Of a DNA stretch of 64,000 bases, positions 63,118 through 64,000 are shown piece after piece. Within the stretch, counting starts at the first letter, position 1, and every line of letters begins with the position of its first letter. Below the pieces are notes generated by a model. The model had not been told where the DNA came from. It searched no databases and saw only the letters and a list, made by a program, of their open reading frames with translations. The stretch is from a virus (lineage: Duplodnaviria; Heunggongvirae; Uroviricota; Caudoviricetes), in the IMG/VR virus record IMGVR_UViG_2721755711_000002. One strand, given 5' to 3'. The position numbers and the translations under genes are program-made.

Positions 63118-64000
63118 TATTTAACCTCATATTTACAAATAACTTTTTCAATCAACTGCCGGGATATTTCCCGGGCGGTGCTCTGGTAGTAATTCACGTC
63201 AAAATCGACAATCTTTTTCTTCGCCAGAGCGTTGATTTCAACCTGTCCCGACTTTGCGTCCTGAACCACCGGAATATTGGTTACACCAAACTTTTCCTCC
63301 TCCAGCGCCCTGTTCACCACCGAGTCGACAAGATCCAGCGCCATTTTGTTGCTGAATCCGTAAAGCGTCAGGCGAACCGAATCCTGGACTAGCTGGAACC
63401 GCTCACCTCCGAAAACAACGGGAGCCACCTGCAACGGAATACTGTTGCGAACATCCACCGCGATATACGGAGGGCGAAGGTTCTGCGGTACCAGGTAAGA
63501 CGGATACACGGTCGCGGCATCTTTCATTTGCAGCCAGATCGGGATGCTGTTGGAGATGATCTGCTCGTCGCTGATATCCTCCTCGCAGTCGATAATCTGG
63601 GAACGCATGGTTGGTAAAATCGCCATGCCGCGATAATGAAAAATACCCGACTGCTGATAACGGCTCTCCATTCGTGAAAAAGCGAACTGGACGCCTCCGT
63701 ACTCACCGAGATAGATCGCATCGGGATTTTCCACATTAAAATCATCAACCTGCTGAACAGGCGTGAAAATAATGTTGTTCACATCCTTCGAGACAGACTC
63801 GTCCTGAATCGCAATAACCTGACGATGCAGGCTGCCTTTGATTTTCAGACGAGTTGGTGACTCAATATTCAGGCGACACAGTTCATCGCAACTGATGATT
63901 TCCGCATTAACCCAATAGACAAAGCCATCCAGCGGCAGAACCTGCCGGACATAGAGCCTGAACGTGATTTCCTGGTCTGACGAGATGGTTTCAACTGCGG
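63117..64000 (-). CDS. hypothetical phage structural protein, partial (5' end beyond window)
   Basis: The frame of track ORF 63117..63782 stays open upstream to the window end, so the gene is longer than the 221 aa listed. Confidence 0.4.
   Translation of the reverse strand, partial: AVETISSDQEITFRLYVRQVLPLDGFVYWVNAEIISCDELCRLNIESPTRLKIKGSLHRQVIAIQDESVSKDVNNIIFTPVQQVDDFNVENPDAIYLGEYGGVQFAFSRMESRYQQSGIFHYRGMAILPTMRSQIIDCEEDISDEQIISNSIPIWLQMKDAATVYPSYLVPQNLRPPYIAVDVRNSIPLQVAPVVFGGERFQLVQDSVRLTLYGFSNKMALDLVDSVVNRALEEEKFGVTNIPVVQDAKSGQVEINALAKKKIVDFDVNYYQSTAREISRQLIEKVICKYEVK

Overview
This 64 kb window is almost entirely phage-derived and appears to be a pile-up of three modules, with no rRNA, tRNA, CRISPR array or integrase recognised. 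All protein identifications below rest on my reading of the translated ORFs against remembered phage protein families; no database search was run. (1) Positions 1 to about 26,400, minus strand: a Mu-like transposable prophage (repressor, Ner, MuA transposase, MuB, accessory early genes, Mor/C activator, lysis cassette, terminase, portal, head genes, sheath, tube), with its tail genes running off the window start. An IS629-like IS3-family element (2989..4299) sits in its late operon, flanked by a 3 bp CAC duplication and carrying a frameshifted transposase. (2) About 26,400 to 49,226, plus strand: a cos-type hybrid prophage with a short right-arm remnant, a lambda-like cos/Nu1/A/W/B/C/D/E/FI/FII packaging and head block, and a P2-like contractile tail block in canonical P2 order. 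(3) 49,191 to 64,000, minus strand: a second, unrelated contractile-tail module in inverted orientation, interrupted by an AT-rich cargo insert. Modules 2 and 3 meet tail-to-tail at a near-palindromic junction between two diverged side-tail-fibre N-terminal gene fragments. The most unusual signals are that junction, a thrice-repeated hairpin motif placed just upstream of the ribosome-binding sites of three accessory genes, the cargo insert with a possible regulatory RNA, and paralogous small lipoprotein genes. I could not assign any of these to a named defence or other novel system.
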